From the NCBI GenBank assembly GCA_015232355.1, contig JADFZW010000016.1, forward strand, positions 33,419-97,418: 64,000 nt of DNA, read 5' to 3'. Shown here one piece after another: positions 62,779-64,000 of this stretch. The notes beneath the pieces are model-generated. The model searched no databases, was not told the origin of the DNA, and worked only from the letters and a program-made list of their open reading frames with translations. The translations under genes and the position numbers were made by a program. Position 1 is the first letter of the stretch, and each line of letters opens with the position of its first letter. The DNA comes from Oligoflexia bacterium. GTDB taxonomy: Bacteria > Bdellovibrionota > Bacteriovoracia > Bacteriovoracales > Bacteriovoracaceae.

Positions 62779-63939
62779 TCAATTAAAAAGCATCTTCTTC
62801 ATTAGTTCAGAATATCTTTTCGATTTATTTAAATTCAAGAACACATTGTATCTTTCTGCTAATGAAAGTTTAAAGTAGTTATTTAAAAATCTTGATGTAT
62901 TCTTGGTTCTTAAATAATGGGCCAAGATGCTGGTTTTTAATTCAATAGTTGAATTTGCATCATCTATCCAACTGCTCACTCTATAATCAAAATCTTCATC
63001 TGCTAAAACTACTTCAAAACTATTTTCCAATTTTTTCAAATACTCCATTAAATAAATATACTTTTTCTTCTTCGTTGTTGTACTAGCATTTCTAAGGACA
63101 TTAGCATCCTCTCTTGCAAGTTGGAATATTTTATCATCTCTTATTAGATCTTTCAAAAAAAGCTTCGAGCTTTTCACAGACTTAGTGGAGAATAATTGTT
63201 TCTTTGAAAGATTAATTATATTTTGATCTGTGACTACTTCCGTGAATGTGCCTGTAGTAGCATATCCCTCTTCCTCTAAAAGTTTCTTGCATGTATTTAT
63301 TATCAACTCAGAGTTCGCCAATTTTTTTGCTCCTACTTTACTTCCTTCTTTAACTTCCTCCTTTGCATCCTCTCTAAATAATTTAATCATCACTTCCGAT
63401 TGATTTTTTCCCTTGTAATCTAGTACTTTGCAAAGAAAGTTATCATTCTCATCCAAATCTATTTTATTTTCACTATCATCTTTTTGTTTATTCTTAAGCT
63501 TATCTTTTTTCGTCTTTGTCACTTCTGGATTATCTATGCAACTCTTCCCTGCACATACCTTATTCCATACATCTTCCGCATCATATATTTTGACAATTCT
63601 ATTCGCAAAAGCTCTCTTATTTACCCAATATTTTTCATCTGCTTGAACCGATTCAACCATCTTCATCAGTTCTGCGCTATCATCTGCTACATATCCATCA
63701 CTACCTTGCATATATTTGATATTATTTTCATCAATAATTTCCATTCTTCTTTGAGCATACTTATAGATTAGCTCATAATAATTGTTTTGATTTTTAATGT
63801 AACTAGCTCTATCTTTGGCAATCTCTGTTAATGCTGAATATGTAATTAAATCTCTCATCAACTCAATCAATTTTTGTTTTTCATTATCTATAGAAGTTTG
63901 ACTATTTTTACTAGTGTCTCTTTCCAAATTTTCAATCAT
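62779..63939 (-). CDS. hypothetical protein
   Basis: 386-aa ORF, Lys/Glu/Asn-rich, immediately upstream of pfk on the same strand. No motif recognised. Confidence 0.4.
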   Translation of the reverse strand: MIENLERDTSKNSQTSIDNEKQKLIELMRDLITYSALTEIAKDRASYIKNQNNYYELIYKYAQRRMEIIDENNIKYMQGSDGYVADDSAELMKMVESVQADEKYWVNKRAFANRIVKIYDAEDVWNKVCAGKSCIDNPEVTKTKKDKLKNKQKDDSENKIDLDENDNFLCKVLDYKGKNQSEVMIKLFREDAKEEVKEGSKVGAKKLANSELIINTCKKLLEEEGYATTGTFTEVVTDQNIINLSKKQLFSTKSVKSSKLFLKDLIRDDKIFQLAREDANVLRNASTTTKKKKYIYLMEYLKKLENSFEVVLADEDFDYRVSSWIDDANSTIELKTSILAHYLRTKNTSRFLNNYFKLSLAERYNVFLNLNKSKRYSELMKKMLFN

Positions 63940-64000
63940 ATGAATTGTTGGTTTTAAAACATTCGATAGTAGTTGATAGTCTATGGTTTTATGTTCGCAT

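Noticed and set aside
61403-62782. PPi-dependent phosphofructokinase assignment
   Set aside because: The motif mix (GGDGT, as in ATP enzymes, together with PKTIDND, as in PPi enzymes) does not allow the phosphoryl donor to be called from sequence alone. It is annotated only as 6-phosphofructokinase.

Overview
The window is visibly AT-rich bacterial chromosome (composition judged by eye, not computed) from a Gram-negative, flagellated organism. Supporting genes are BamD, outer-membrane beta-barrels, lipoproteins and flgL-csrA-fliW. Many proteins carry Asn/Ser/Lys low-complexity tracts encoded by short tandem repeats. The lineage cannot be fixed from sequence alone. The gene content would fit a host-associated or predatory low-GC proteobacterium-like group such as Bdellovibrionota/Oligoflexia, but that is a guess.

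Core housekeeping blocks:
- priA-rph-rdgB
- def-fmt-rpe-hutU-hutI
- wecB-metG-pfk
- tadA
- an ABC/FtsX exporter
- rubrerythrin with a YgfK-like Fe-S flavoprotein

Three accessory patches interrupt the core:
- **About 12.5-17.4 kb:** a secreted F-box/LRR protein, an IS-like remnant with a degraded transposase and an HNH gene, a truncated ATPase gene, and a HEPN/MNT toxin-antitoxin cassette flanked by perfect 22-bp direct repeats.
- **About 23.5-31.3 kb:** an island next to a tRNA-Sec-like gene (anticodon UCA). It holds an ankyrin-repeat protein, BrnT/BrnA, an MqsR/MqsA-like pair, secreted metallophosphoesterase and phospholipase-C-like proteins, and a 22-bp direct repeat of the tRNA 3' end. No integrase is present.
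- **About 50.4-57 kb:** a second broken HEPN/MNT pair, an AAA+ (MoxR-like)/DUF1566 fusion with a signal peptide, and phd-vapC.

The most unusual non-coding signal is a previously unannotated-looking palindromic element of about 70 nt. Its arms read GTGCCACTTTCCATNTGGTAGC ... GCTACCATTYGGAGTGTGCAC. Four same-orientation copies sit at the borders of accessory modules, and three are preceded by tandem GAATCG-containing micro-repeats.

All calls come from reading the ORF translations and the DNA by eye. No searches were run.
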